Of a stretch of 64,000 nucleotides of DNA, positions 17,145 through 25,581 are shown one piece after another. Positions within the stretch are counted from its first letter, which is position 1. Every line of letters begins with the position of its first letter. The notes under the pieces were generated by a model. It worked only from the letters and a program-made list of their open reading frames with translations. It searched no databases and was not told the DNA's origin. The DNA is from Vicinamibacterales bacterium (lineage in GTDB: Bacteria; Acidobacteriota; Vicinamibacteria; Vicinamibacterales; 2-12-FULL-66-21). The position numbers and the translations under genes are program-made. Location: assembly GCA_048594975.1 (NCBI GenBank), contig JBMDXQ010000067.1, forward strand, positions 67,374 to 131,373, written 5' to 3'.

Positions 17145-17879
17145 TCACTCAAAGCCAATGCGCAGATCGGCCGCGAGCGGCAGGTGATCGGAAGCGATGA
17201 GGGCGGTGCGCGATCGCAGCAGGTGCACGCCGCGGACCTCCACCGGCCCTTCGTAATAGATGTGGTCGAGGTGCACCATCGGGAAGAGACCGGGATACGT
17301 GCGCCGGCGCTTCAGGTGCGCGTAGATGTCGATGCTCTCGAAGAGCGAGCTGAGCGTGCTGGTAGCCAGGCCGCGCATCCACTCGTTGAAGTCTCCGAGG
17401 ATGACCTTGGGCCCGGTGACGCGGCGGTCGTGCACGAAGGAGGCAAGGCGTCCGGCCTGGTAGCGGCGCTCGAGGACCGCCGTCCCGAGATGCACGTTGT
17501 AGACGTGCAGCAACCGGCCGGCGCCGAGATCGAGATCGGCGCGCTGGCACGCGCGCGGCTCGCAGGTGCGCCAGGACAGGTCGTACTGCGAGTGGTGGAC
17601 GATCGGCAGGCGGCTGAGCACGACGTTGCCGAACAGGTGTTTGCGCAGGTGCCGCACCGAGGCCATCATCCAGCCCATGCCGAGCGCGGCGCCGATCTCC
17701 TCGGCCTGCCCCGCGCCGCCCGGCCCGGCGCCGACCACTTCCTGCAGCGCCACCACGTCGGCGTCGAGCTCACGCAGCACTCTGACGATCCGTGCCGGTA
17801 CCGTCCGGCGGTCGATGCCGCGGCAGCGGTGAACGTTGTAGGTGGCGACGCGCACGTCGACGTGGCGCCGCGTCGTCAC
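17145..17879 (-). CDS. endonuclease/exonuclease/phosphatase (EEP) family protein, YbhP-like size
   Basis: Contains VRVATYNVHRCRG...DADVVALQEV...ILGDFNEW...SDHLPLAADL. The GTG start overlaps the upstream stop (GTGA at 17876-17879). The 769-aa track ORF is read-through in this frame. Confidence 0.8.
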   Translation of the reverse strand: MTTRRHVDVRVATYNVHRCRGIDRRTVPARIVRVLRELDADVVALQEVVGAGPGGAGQAEEIGAALGMGWMMASVRHLRKHLFGNVVLSRLPIVHHSQYDLSWRTCEPRACQRADLDLGAGRLLHVYNVHLGTAVLERRYQAGRLASFVHDRRVTGPKVILGDFNEWMRGLATSTLSSLFESIDIYAHLKRRRTYPGLFPMVHLDHIYYEGPVEVRGVHLLRSRTALIASDHLPLAADLRIGFE

Positions 17880-19135
17880 TGCTGCCGCTCCAGGATCCAG
17901 ACGAAGGGGCCGACGATCTTCTCCCACACCGGCCGGCGCGTCCAGCGTTCCAGCGTCACCTCGTCGCTGTCGCGCACGTCGCGGACGAAGTCCTCCAGCA
18001 GCCGCGCGGCCACCTCCGGGTCGCGCATGGCGACGTTCACCTCGTCGTTGTGCTCGAAGGAACGGTTGTCGATATTGGTCGTGCCGATGACCGCCCAGAG
18101 CTCGTCGATGATAAGCACCTTCGCGTGCATCATCACGTCGCGGTACTCGTAGAGGCGGATGCCGGCGCGCAGCAGGCTGCCCCACATGCGGCGGCTGGCC
18201 AGCCGCACCCAGCGCTGGTCGGTGTGCAGCCCGGGGACGACGATGCTGATCTCGACACCGCGCCCGGCCAGCTCGATGAGGGCCCGCCGCAGCGCGCGGT
18301 CGGGCAGGAAGTACGGCGTGGTGATGCGGACGTTTCGGTCCGCCCCCTCCATGAGCAGCTGGAACGTCACCCGCGACGCGGTGGCGCGATCCGCCGGCGA
18401 GCTCTTGACCACGAAGGCGGTCGTCCTGCCCGCCGGCTCGAGATTGGGGAAGTACCCCGGGCCAGTGAGGATCTCGCCGCAGCACTCCAGCCAGTTCTCC
18501 GCCGTGACACCCTGCAGTGCGGCGACCACCGGCCCCTCGATGCCGACCATGGTGTCGCGCCAGCCGCGCCGCTTCGACGCGTCCGGGCCCGGCTCCCACC
18601 AGTCGGCGATGCCGGCGCCGCCGACGAACGCGATCCGCCCGTCGACGATCAGCAATTCGCGGTGGGTCCGGTTGTTCAGGCGTGCCAGCGAGTACCAGCG
18701 GAGGCGCTGGTAGGACTCGATGCGGCACCCCGCGCGGCGCAGCCGGCGCACCGGGCGGCCCCAGAAGAACAGGCTGCCGATCGCGTCGACGACGATGGTG
18801 ACGTTGACGCCGGCGCGCGCCCGCTCCGACAGCACTTCGATGAATCGGTCGGCGACGCGTCCCGGTTGGAAGATGTAGCACTCCATGTTGACCGAGCGCG
18901 TCGCGCCGCGGATCCCCTCGAGCATCGCCGGATAGAAGGCGTCGCCGTTGGTGTACACCCGCACCGCGTTGCCGTGGTGCAGCGCCGCCTGGCAGGTGGA
19001 CTGCAGCGTGTAGAGGAAGCCCTGGTCGTGCAGTGACGTCCGGTGCGCCAGGTGGTAGTTGATGCCGGGCGTGAACAGGAAGACGAGCACCAGCCACGCG
19101 AGGAACACCCCGCCGGCGACGGCGAGCCATTCCAT
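17876..19135 (-). CDS. cardiolipin synthase-like PLD-superfamily protein (ClsB-like length, one N-terminal TM)
   Basis: Starts MEWLAVAGGVFLAWLVLVFLF. The second HKD motif is intact: MMHAKVLIIDELWAVIGTTNIDNRS. The first motif reads NNRTHRELLIVDGRIAFVGGAGIAD (H-R-E). The ATG overlaps the upstream stop (ATGA at 19135). Confidence 0.8.
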   Translation of the reverse strand: MEWLAVAGGVFLAWLVLVFLFTPGINYHLAHRTSLHDQGFLYTLQSTCQAALHHGNAVRVYTNGDAFYPAMLEGIRGATRSVNMECYIFQPGRVADRFIEVLSERARAGVNVTIVVDAIGSLFFWGRPVRRLRRAGCRIESYQRLRWYSLARLNNRTHRELLIVDGRIAFVGGAGIADWWEPGPDASKRRGWRDTMVGIEGPVVAALQGVTAENWLECCGEILTGPGYFPNLEPAGRTTAFVVKSSPADRATASRVTFQLLMEGADRNVRITTPYFLPDRALRRALIELAGRGVEISIVVPGLHTDQRWVRLASRRMWGSLLRAGIRLYEYRDVMMHAKVLIIDELWAVIGTTNIDNRSFEHNDEVNVAMRDPEVAARLLEDFVRDVRDSDEVTLERWTRRPVWEKIVGPFVWILERQQ

Positions 19136-20865
19136 CAGCGGGACTGGGGCGGCGGCGCGGCGAGCGACACGACGCGGAGATCGGCGACCCGCCGCGTCCG
19201 CTCCTCGAGCTCGATCGGCGTGGCGCGCGCGACGAGCCCCTCGACGACCTCCCGCCGGTACACCTCGCTCTCGTCGAGATCGTACGTGGCCAGCAGGTGG
19301 TACTGCCCCGCCGGCAGCCCCCGGACCCGGAAGCGGCCGTTCTCGTCGGTCCGCAGCAGGCGGAAGCGGCGGCTGGTCCGCGTCCAGAAGCGCGGCAAGG
19401 CGGGGATGAACGCCACAAGCACCCGCGGCGCGCCGCGGGTGCGTTCGTCGGCAACCGTTCCGCTCACCTCCGCGGCGGCATCCGTGATGACCACCCTCAC
19501 GTCGTCGATCTGCTGCCGGCTGTCGACGTCGAGGCCGCTGTCGGTAACGTCCTCGCCGCGGTAGGCGACGCTCTTCAGCACCCACGGGTCCCGCAGTCCC
19601 TCGACGAAGACCCGGTGGCTGCCCGGCATGAGGCCGCGAATCCGGAACCCGCCGTTGCGGCCGACGACCCCCGTCAGCGAATCGCCGACGTTGCCGCCCG
19701 CGGCCATCGGCGCGCGCACGCGCAGGCTTCCATACGGCGGCCCCCCCTCTGATACCGCCTCGGCCACTACCGATCCAGCCATCGTGCCGCCGGGAACGAG
19801 CGTCATCGCCAGCCGGTCCACGTCCCGGCCTTCCACAGTGATCGTGAAGGTGGCGAACAGGGTGGTGCCGCCCGGTTCGACCTCACCGCGGGCGCGGACC
19901 TGGTAGCGCCCCGGAGCCACGTTGCGGAACGCGAACGAGCCCTCCGGCGTGATCTGCACGTCGCGCGTCGCAATCGCGTCCAGCACGTGGTCGGCCGTCG
20001 GGCTCATGATGATGACGCCGCTCGTCAACGGCCGCCGGTCGAGGGTGGACAGCGTTCCGCTGACACGGGCCGGGCGGATGATCTTCAGGATGATCACGGC
20101 CTGCTGCGACGGCTCGATGCCGGGGACGACGGTCACGCGCGAGGCCTCCTCGAGGCGCGGCGTGCCCGGGAAGTACGTCGGGGTATACGTGAGCGGACCG
20201 GTCTCGTCGCCGACGTTGGCGAACGCCGGATCGAGCGCGCTGACGTAGTACGCGCCCGCAGGCAGTCCGCTCAAGCGGTAGGCACCACGGTCGTCGCTCG
20301 CCGCCGCCGCCATCGCGACGAGCGACACCTGGCCGTTGCGCGTCCGCGGCGCGAGCGCCTCGACACGCGCGCCGGCAAACGGCCGGCGGTCTTCGTCCAG
20401 GACCTGCCCGACGATGACGCCGGCCGGCGGCAAGGCGATCTCGATGCTGGTCGCCTGCTTTCCCGCGACGAGCGCAACCGTCGAAGGCGGAGCAGTTCCG
20501 CGCTCGCCGTACTGCCGCGTCGCATACCCCGTCCGCGCGGCGGAGACGGAGTACTCGCCGGCAGGCAGATGGTGGAACGCGTAGGCGCCGTCGCTGCCGG
20601 TGACGGCGACGCGCGGCTCGGACAGGGCCGAAGACGTCAGGACGACGCGGGCACGCGACAGCGGCGTGCGAGTCTCGGCGTCGACGACGACGCCGCGCAA
20701 CGACGCGGTTCCCGCCAGCTGCACCTCGATCCCGCGGGGAACGGCGAGGGTGCTGGCGGCACGATGCGGCGAAACCAGCCGGGTCACCGGCGGTGGCAGC
20801 GAGGCGCCGCACGACAGGGTCACGGCGAGCGCGGCCGCGGCAAGCGCGCCGCCGTTCTGGCTCAT
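19135..20865 (-). CDS. secreted protein with repeated carboxypeptidase-regulatory-like (CarboxypepD_reg) domains
   Basis: 576 aa with a signal peptide. It has repeated modules of the form LRGVVVDAETRTPLSRARVVL...GAYAFHHLPAGEYSVSA and GRFRVRGLPAGQYHLLA. Confidence 0.7.
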   Translation of the reverse strand: MSQNGGALAAAALAVTLSCGASLPPPVTRLVSPHRAASTLAVPRGIEVQLAGTASLRGVVVDAETRTPLSRARVVLTSSALSEPRVAVTGSDGAYAFHHLPAGEYSVSAARTGYATRQYGERGTAPPSTVALVAGKQATSIEIALPPAGVIVGQVLDEDRRPFAGARVEALAPRTRNGQVSLVAMAAAASDDRGAYRLSGLPAGAYYVSALDPAFANVGDETGPLTYTPTYFPGTPRLEEASRVTVVPGIEPSQQAVIILKIIRPARVSGTLSTLDRRPLTSGVIIMSPTADHVLDAIATRDVQITPEGSFAFRNVAPGRYQVRARGEVEPGGTTLFATFTITVEGRDVDRLAMTLVPGGTMAGSVVAEAVSEGGPPYGSLRVRAPMAAGGNVGDSLTGVVGRNGGFRIRGLMPGSHRVFVEGLRDPWVLKSVAYRGEDVTDSGLDVDSRQQIDDVRVVITDAAAEVSGTVADERTRGAPRVLVAFIPALPRFWTRTSRRFRLLRTDENGRFRVRGLPAGQYHLLATYDLDESEVYRREVVEGLVARATPIELEERTRRVADLRVVSLAAPPPQSR

Positions 20866-20882
20866 GGCGATATCATAGACCG

Positions 20883-21245
20883 ATGATCCGGCGTTCGCAC
20901 CTCGTTGTCGCGGGCGCCGCGGCGGTAGTCGCGTGGTTCTGGTTCGTCGGGTTCGGCCGGGACCGGCAGCTGCAGCCGGCGATCGCGATCCGGGAAGGCA
21001 CCGTCATCGTCCAGAACACCACGCGGCGCGACTGGCGCGACGTCGTCGTGACGGTGAATCACCATTTCCGCGGCGGGACGACGCGGCTGGCGGCCGGGGG
21101 GCGGCTCGACGCGCCGCTCAGCCTGTTCGAGACGAGCTTCGGGCAGCGGTACGATCGCAGCCGCCAGCACGTGTTTCGCATCGAGGTCGCGGCGACCGAT
21201 GCGGTCGGCGAGCCGGTGCACCTGGCTTGGGAGGCCACGAAGTAG
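20883..21245 (+). CDS. hypothetical membrane-anchored protein (120 aa)
   Basis: Starts MIRRSHLVVAGAAAVVAWFWFVGF (N-terminal TM) and then has a soluble domain. No recognisable motif. ATG 20883 is chosen inside the longer track ORF. Confidence 0.4.
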   Translation: MIRRSHLVVAGAAAVVAWFWFVGFGRDRQLQPAIAIREGTVIVQNTTRRDWRDVVVTVNHHFRGGTTRLAAGGRLDAPLSLFETSFGQRYDRSRQHVFRIEVAATDAVGEPVHLAWEATK

Positions 21246-21252
21246 CGACGGA

Positions 21253-21408
21253 TTGAACTCAGGGGGCCACGGAGGCCACGGAGATTTTGGAAGGGGATTC
21301 AACGTCCCGCGGCCGGATCAGCAGGGACCACCGATCGACCCTGTAAGCTCCGAGCCTCCGTGCCCTCTGAGTTGACAACGCTCCGCGACCTCTGTTCCCT
21401 CTGTGGCC
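21253..21408. repeat. imperfect inverted repeat built from GGCCACGGAG / CCTCCGTG-type short tandem units
   Basis: Left arm 21253-21283: TTGAACTCAGGGGGCCACGGAGGCCACGGAG. Right arm 21348-21377: CTCCGAGCCTCCGTGCCCTCTGAGTTGACA, with further CCTCTGTT CCCTCTGTGG units extending to 21408. Confidence 0.6.
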
Positions 21409-21421
21409 CACGAGGATCACT

Positions 21422-21721
21422 ATGAAGCTCAAGTCGGAATTCGAGACCACGTGCCCCTGCTGCCACGCGACGCTCGTCGTCGACGTGAACCTCCGCCGCA
21501 TCGTGCGCCACGAGGAGCCGGCGAGCGGCAATCGGCCGGAGCTGAGCGACGCGCAGCGCATCCTCGCCGAGGAGGCCGCCCGGCGCGAGGCGATCTTCCA
21601 GCAGTCCGTGGTCAGCGAACGGACGCGCGGCGACGCGCTCTCGAAGCGGTTCGAGGAAGCACTGAAACAGGCCCGCGAGGAACCGATCACCAAACCGACG
21701 CGCGACTTCGATCTCGACTAG
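21422..21721 (+). CDS. hypothetical small protein (CPCC motif + charged helical tail)
   Basis: 99 aa. Starts MKLKSEFETTCPCCHATLVVDV and continues with a helical Glu/Arg-rich region. No family recognised. Confidence 0.45.
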   Translation: MKLKSEFETTCPCCHATLVVDVNLRRIVRHEEPASGNRPELSDAQRILAEEAARREAIFQQSVVSERTRGDALSKRFEEALKQAREEPITKPTRDFDLD

Positions 21722-21727
21722 CGGGCC

Positions 21728-22432
21728 TCACCACGGATCGAAGCTGAAGTGCGGATCGCGCGGCAGCTCCGTCCACGTGTGCGCGCCGGCGTAACGCGCC
21801 GGCTTCTTGCCCGGATGTTCCCGGCGGAATTTGAAGTAGCGGGCGCGCAGTCGATCGGTCCGCCGGTCCGAGGTGCGGATCGGGCGGTGCGGCCACCCGA
21901 GGAGCAGCCGCTCGACCTTCCACACGTTGCCTTCCAACAGCCGCCAGTCATAGTTGCCGAGCGCGCGCAGGTCGACGACCGCGTAGCCGGTGACCCGTCC
22001 GCTGAAGTCGACGTACGGATCCACGTAGCTGAGCGCGAGCGCCCGCGCGGTGCGGAACACCGGCCTCCGGCCGTGCAGCCCGGGATCACGCGATCGTGCC
22101 ACGGACCCCCACCGCCCGCCGCGGCGAAACACGAAGATCACGTGATCGAGCTCGTCGATCGACTCGAAGCTCAGGACGAGTGGCGGATAGCCGTGCTGCT
22201 CGAGGACCACGGCCGCGGCGAGTGCCGCCTCCAGGCAGTGGACGGTCCGGTGGCGGACGATGCCGCGGAAGCTGCGCAACGTGGCGCCGCCGGGGGGCGG
22301 TTCGGTGTTGTAGGGGAGGCGGTTCAGGAAGCGCTGCACGTCGCCGGGCGTGCGCAGCCGTTGAATGAGCCGGCGCTCGGCAGCGGTGAATCGATCGAGG
22401 CCGGGAACCGGCGCCCCGCCGCCGCCACGCAC
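21728..22432 (-). CDS. hypothetical protein, possibly transglutaminase/papain-like Cys-His-Asp fold
   Basis: The candidate catalytic context is TVHCLEAALAAAVVL ... ELDHVIFVF. The GTG start overlaps the SCO-gene stop by 1 nt (TAGTG). The upstream part of the 380-aa track ORF overlaps the SCO gene and is rejected. Confidence 0.4.
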   Translation of the reverse strand: MRGGGGAPVPGLDRFTAAERRLIQRLRTPGDVQRFLNRLPYNTEPPPGGATLRSFRGIVRHRTVHCLEAALAAAVVLEQHGYPPLVLSFESIDELDHVIFVFRRGGRWGSVARSRDPGLHGRRPVFRTARALALSYVDPYVDFSGRVTGYAVVDLRALGNYDWRLLEGNVWKVERLLLGWPHRPIRTSDRRTDRLRARYFKFRREHPGKKPARYAGAHTWTELPRDPHFSFDPW

Positions 22433-23271
22433 TAACGCAGCCCGTCTCGCATTCGCGCGAGCAGTTCGGCCGGCGTCCAGTCGTTGCCCGAGAGGATCGC
22501 GACGAGCTGCCCGTCCTGTCCCACCACCGCGGTGCGCAGGTTGTGGACGATCTCGGCACCCGGTCTGTCGGGGCGGATGATCGAGACGCCGAAGCGTGAC
22601 GCGAACCGTTCCACCTCCTCGCGCGAGCCGGTGAGCAGCGTCCAGACCGCCGGGTCTGCCGAGACGCGCGCGGCATGCGCGGCGAGCACCGCCGCGGTGT
22701 CGTAGTCCGGATCGAAGCTCACCGAGACGAGGCGCGCGCGCCCACGCAGCCCCGGATCGCGCGCGATGCCGTCCTGCACTGCGGCGAAGTGCCGGTCCAG
22801 GCGCGGGCAGAAGTCCGGCAGCGGACAGCGCGTGTATATGAACGTGACGGCCAGAACGTGGCCGTTCCACTCGGAGAAACGCCGGGCGCGGCCGGTCTGA
22901 TCGGTGAACGCCGCGTCCGGCACGGGCTCACCGGCTTTGACCACGTCCACCGGCGCGGGCGGGGGCGTCTCGGCGAGCGGCGCAGTCCCGATTCGGCGAA
23001 CGGTCGAGAGGAACGCGCGGTTCTCTTCGAGGACGAGCGTGGCGGTGACCAGCTCGCCCGGCTGCCGCGACTCGAGCAGCCGCCTGTCGCCCACTTCGAA
23101 CGCCATGGTCATGGCCGGCATGAAACCGGGAATGTCGTCGTGCCGGATCGTGAGGCGGCCACCGGCAGCGTCGACGGCCACGATCTGGCCACGGAGCTCG
23201 TACTGGCGGTTGCGCGAGCAGGCAGGCAGCAGCGCCGCGGCCGCGATCAACAGAACGGTGAGGACGCGCAC
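22432..23271 (-). CDS. SCO1/SenC-family copper chaperone with N-terminal CusF-like metal-binding domain
   Basis: Lipoprotein-like signal (LLPACS). The stretch RHDDIPGFMPAMTMAFEV is CusF-like. VTFIYTRCPLPDFCP carries the SCO CxxxC. Confidence 0.8.
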   Translation of the reverse strand: MRVLTVLLIAAAALLPACSRNRQYELRGQIVAVDAAGGRLTIRHDDIPGFMPAMTMAFEVGDRRLLESRQPGELVTATLVLEENRAFLSTVRRIGTAPLAETPPPAPVDVVKAGEPVPDAAFTDQTGRARRFSEWNGHVLAVTFIYTRCPLPDFCPRLDRHFAAVQDGIARDPGLRGRARLVSVSFDPDYDTAAVLAAHAARVSADPAVWTLLTGSREEVERFASRFGVSIIRPDRPGAEIVHNLRTAVVGQDGQLVAILSGNDWTPAELLARMRDGLR

Positions 23272-23510
23272 GGTCTCATCACTCTAGCTCGGGCGTTCGC
23301 GGCGCGCAAAATGTGACCGAGCTTCGCCGCGCCCCCGGCTCACGGTATGCATCTGTTATACTCGGCGCCGGATGAGAGCCCGCCCCTTGCCTGCGCAGGT
23401 CGCACCGTCCTCCCGCACAGCACCGTGTGAGCTTTCCGGCGGCGACGCCCTGAGCGCGGGGGTGGTCGCGTGACGATGGATCGCGCGTCATGGCAGGAGT
23501 AAGTGACAGC

Positions 23511-23879
23511 ATGGGCAGGAGACTCTACGTCGGGAACCTCCCTTATTCAGCCACGGAGGACCAGCTCACCGAACTGTTCAGCCGCGCAGGCAAGGTCGAC
23601 AATGTGCGGGTCATGCGTGACATGGCGACAGGACGGGCGCGCGGCTTCGCGTTCGTGGAAATGGGGACGGATGAGGATGCGCAAAAGGCCATCAGCGAGT
23701 TCCACGAGCACCAGATGGAAGGACGCGCGCTGGTCGTGAACGAGGCGCGACCGAAGCCGGAGGGCGGGTTCGGCGGCGGGGGCGGCGGCCGCGGGCGCGG
23801 CGGCTTCCGCGGGGGCGGCGGCGGGCGCTTCGACGACGGCGACTTCAGCGGCGGACGAAGGAAGGAACCCAGGTGGTGA
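23511..23879 (+). CDS. RRM-type RNA-binding protein with Gly/Arg-rich tail
   Basis: RLYVGNLPY is RNP2 and RGFAFVEM is RNP1. The C-terminus reads GGFGGGGGGRGRGGFRGGGGGRF. AGGAG lies 12 nt upstream of ATG 23511. Confidence 0.9.
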   Translation: MGRRLYVGNLPYSATEDQLTELFSRAGKVDNVRVMRDMATGRARGFAFVEMGTDEDAQKAISEFHEHQMEGRALVVNEARPKPEGGFGGGGGGRGRGGFRGGGGGRFDDGDFSGGRRKEPRW

Positions 23880-23885
23880 GTTGCG

Positions 23886-23922
23886 GCAATGCTGAATGCT
23901 AAATGCTGAATGCTGAATGCCG
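23886..23922. repeat. YGAATGC heptamer arm (left arm of element C)
   Basis: The sequence GCAATGCTGAATGCTAAATGCTGAATGCTGAATGCCG lies immediately after the RBP stop codon. Confidence 0.85.
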
Positions 23923-23966
23923 TGATGAGTGACTAAAGGCCGCCCTTGACGGCGGAGCGTAACGGG

Positions 23967-24004
23967 AAGGCCGGCGCCTACGGGCCGCCGGCCTTTTTCT
24001 TGTT
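23967..24004 (+). terminator. Rho-independent terminator of the RNA-binding protein gene
   Basis: A 10-bp stem AAGGCCGGCG / CGCCGGCCTT and a 9-nt loop are followed by TTTTCTTGTTT. It is the only clear stem-plus-T-tract structure in the window. Confidence 0.75.
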
Positions 24005-24020
24005 TAGCTCACTTGCCCGA

Positions 24021-24085
24021 GCATTCGGTCCCGCGTCCAGAGGTCGGCATTCAGCACTGACCCGCGCCATTCGTCCACTGACACG
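24021..24085. repeat. degenerate GCATTCR arm (right arm of element C)
   Basis: The sequence is GCATTCGGtcccgcgtccagaggtcGGCATTCAGCACTGACccgcGCCATTCGTCCACTGACA. It is eroded relative to the other copies. Confidence 0.5.
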
Positions 24086-24087
24086 CG

Positions 24088-24840
24088 TCACTCGTCCACG
24101 ACCCAGCCGTCGCGCAGTTGGATGATCCGGCTGCCGTACGCCGCGTTGGTTTCCGAGTGCGTGACCTGCAGGATCGTCGTCCCGCCCTCGTTGAGCTTCT
24201 TGAACAGCTCCATGATCTCGCGGCCCTGGCTCGAGTGCAGGTTGCCGGTCGGCTCGTCGGCGAGGATCACTTTCGGGTTCGAGATGACGGCCCGCGCCAC
24301 GGCGACCAGCTGCTGCTGCCCGCCCGAAAGCTGGTTGGGGTACAGGTCCTTCTTGCCCACGATCTGGAACTTGTCCAGGATGTCGCAGACCATGCTCTCC
24401 CGCTCCGACTTGCGGATGTCGCGGTACGACAGCGGGATGTCCAGGTTCTCGTAGACCGTGAGGTGGTCCAGCAGGTGATAGCTCTGAAAAACGAACCCGA
24501 TGTACTGCTTGTGCAGCCTGGCGCGATCCTTGGCCGCCAGCCGGTGCACCGGCTGATCGAGGAAGTAGTACTCGCCGGTCCAGGCGCTGTCGTGCATCCC
24601 GACGATGTGCAGGAGCGTTGACTTACCCGCGCCCGACGGGCCCATAATGGAGACGAACTCTCCTTCCTTGACGTCCACGGTGATCCGCCGCAGCACGTAA
24701 GTGCGGCTCGTGCCGTGCGCGTACGACTTCTCGATGTTGCGCAGCGCAATGAGCGCGTTCGGCGCGAGCGCCTCGGCGGGCGCGTAGTCGGCCTGGGGTG
24801 CAGGCTGGGAGGAACGCGAGAAGAAGGCCATGTCCGTCAA
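24088..24840 (-). CDS. ABC transporter ATP-binding protein (MacB/LolD-type)
   Basis: Walker A is GPSGAGKSTLLHIVG, the signature is LSGGQQQLVAVARA, and Walker B is ILADEPTGNL. Confidence 0.9.
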   Translation of the reverse strand: MTDMAFFSRSSQPAPQADYAPAEALAPNALIALRNIEKSYAHGTSRTYVLRRITVDVKEGEFVSIMGPSGAGKSTLLHIVGMHDSAWTGEYYFLDQPVHRLAAKDRARLHKQYIGFVFQSYHLLDHLTVYENLDIPLSYRDIRKSERESMVCDILDKFQIVGKKDLYPNQLSGGQQQLVAVARAVISNPKVILADEPTGNLHSSQGREIMELFKKLNEGGTTILQVTHSETNAAYGSRIIQLRDGWVVDE

Positions 24841-24977
24841 ACCCTCCGTGGCTCCAATGTCTTCCGTTAGACGGGGATACGAGCGCTACGGTTCTGCATT
24901 ATATAGGGTGGCGCGCACCGGCGGCATCGGTCTTGAAGCTATATGGTTGCGGCCGTCGTCTTATCTATAAGGGCTCC

Positions 24978-25544
24978 ATGAACCTCGTGATCTGGGTGCT
25001 CGCCTCGATGCTGGCCGCCGGGCCGGCCGTCCAGTCCGCCTCGAACGGCGCAGCGGCGGCCAACCCCGCGCCCCAGGAGCCAGCGAGCGGCCAGGCGCCG
25101 GCCGCCGGAACGGAAGCGCTGCCCGTCTCCCTGGACCGAATCCAGCGCCAGCTGTCGAAAACGCCTCAGATACGGCCGTCCGAAGTGACGCCGGTGTTCC
25201 GCGTCGAGGTAATCGGCGAGCTGCCGCCGATCGAAGTCCTGCTCGGCCCGGACTACCTCGTCGGCAAGACGCCCACCGCCGGCACTGCGATGACGCACCA
25301 GGAGTTCCGCGACATGGTTACGCCGCCGGAGTTCCGCGGCACCGCCATGTACACGCAGGGCGAGGCGATCACCATCATGGCGACCGCGGTCGCGCTGCAG
25401 TGGGCGCTGCAGAAGGCGGTGCAGAAGTACCGCGAAGCCATCAGCGCGCGCGAGCGCGAAGCGGCACGCCAGGAAGTGCAGAAGGCGCTCGAGGAGCTCG
25501 AGAAAGCACGCGCGGCCGCCGGCCTGCCGAAACGGGTTCCTTGA
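24978..25544 (+). CDS. hypothetical secreted protein with C-terminal coiled-coil
   Basis: Signal peptide MNLVIWVLASMLAAGPAVQSA. The codon bias is gene-like. The C-terminus reads REAISAREREAARQEVQKALEELEKARAA. It is opposite in orientation to both flanking transporter genes. Confidence 0.5.
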   Translation: MNLVIWVLASMLAAGPAVQSASNGAAAANPAPQEPASGQAPAAGTEALPVSLDRIQRQLSKTPQIRPSEVTPVFRVEVIGELPPIEVLLGPDYLVGKTPTAGTAMTHQEFRDMVTPPEFRGTAMYTQGEAITIMATAVALQWALQKAVQKYREAISAREREAARQEVQKALEELEKARAAAGLPKRVP

Positions 25545-25581
25545 GGTCCGCGGGCGCCGTGCCGCTCTCGCCGGCGCTCTT

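Noticed and set aside
17145-19135. PLD-family plus EEP-family pair as a nuclease-based anti-phage defence system
   Set aside because: The PLD protein has cardiolipin-synthase length, an N-terminal TM helix and Cls-type motif contexts. The same pairing (clsB-ybhP) exists in E. coli in a housekeeping context. No other defence-island hallmarks are nearby, so lipid metabolism is the more parsimonious reading.
17145-19454. 769-aa ORF treated as one gene; likewise 25582-28800 (1072 aa), 56446-59337 (963 aa), 39735-42173 (812 aa) and 21728-22870 (380 aa)
   Set aside because: Only the C-terminal parts carry family motifs. The N-terminal extensions are Arg/Pro-rich read-through that overlaps neighbouring genuine genes in other frames. 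Internal starts with SD-like sequences or stop/start overlaps give proteins of canonical length.
23272-23510. 239-nt region upstream of the RRM protein gene as a cold-shock-type regulatory leader or riboswitch
   Set aside because: It contains a TATACT hexamer near 23352 and some GC stems, but no motif I can assign to a known RNA family and no convincing promoter. It is left unannotated.
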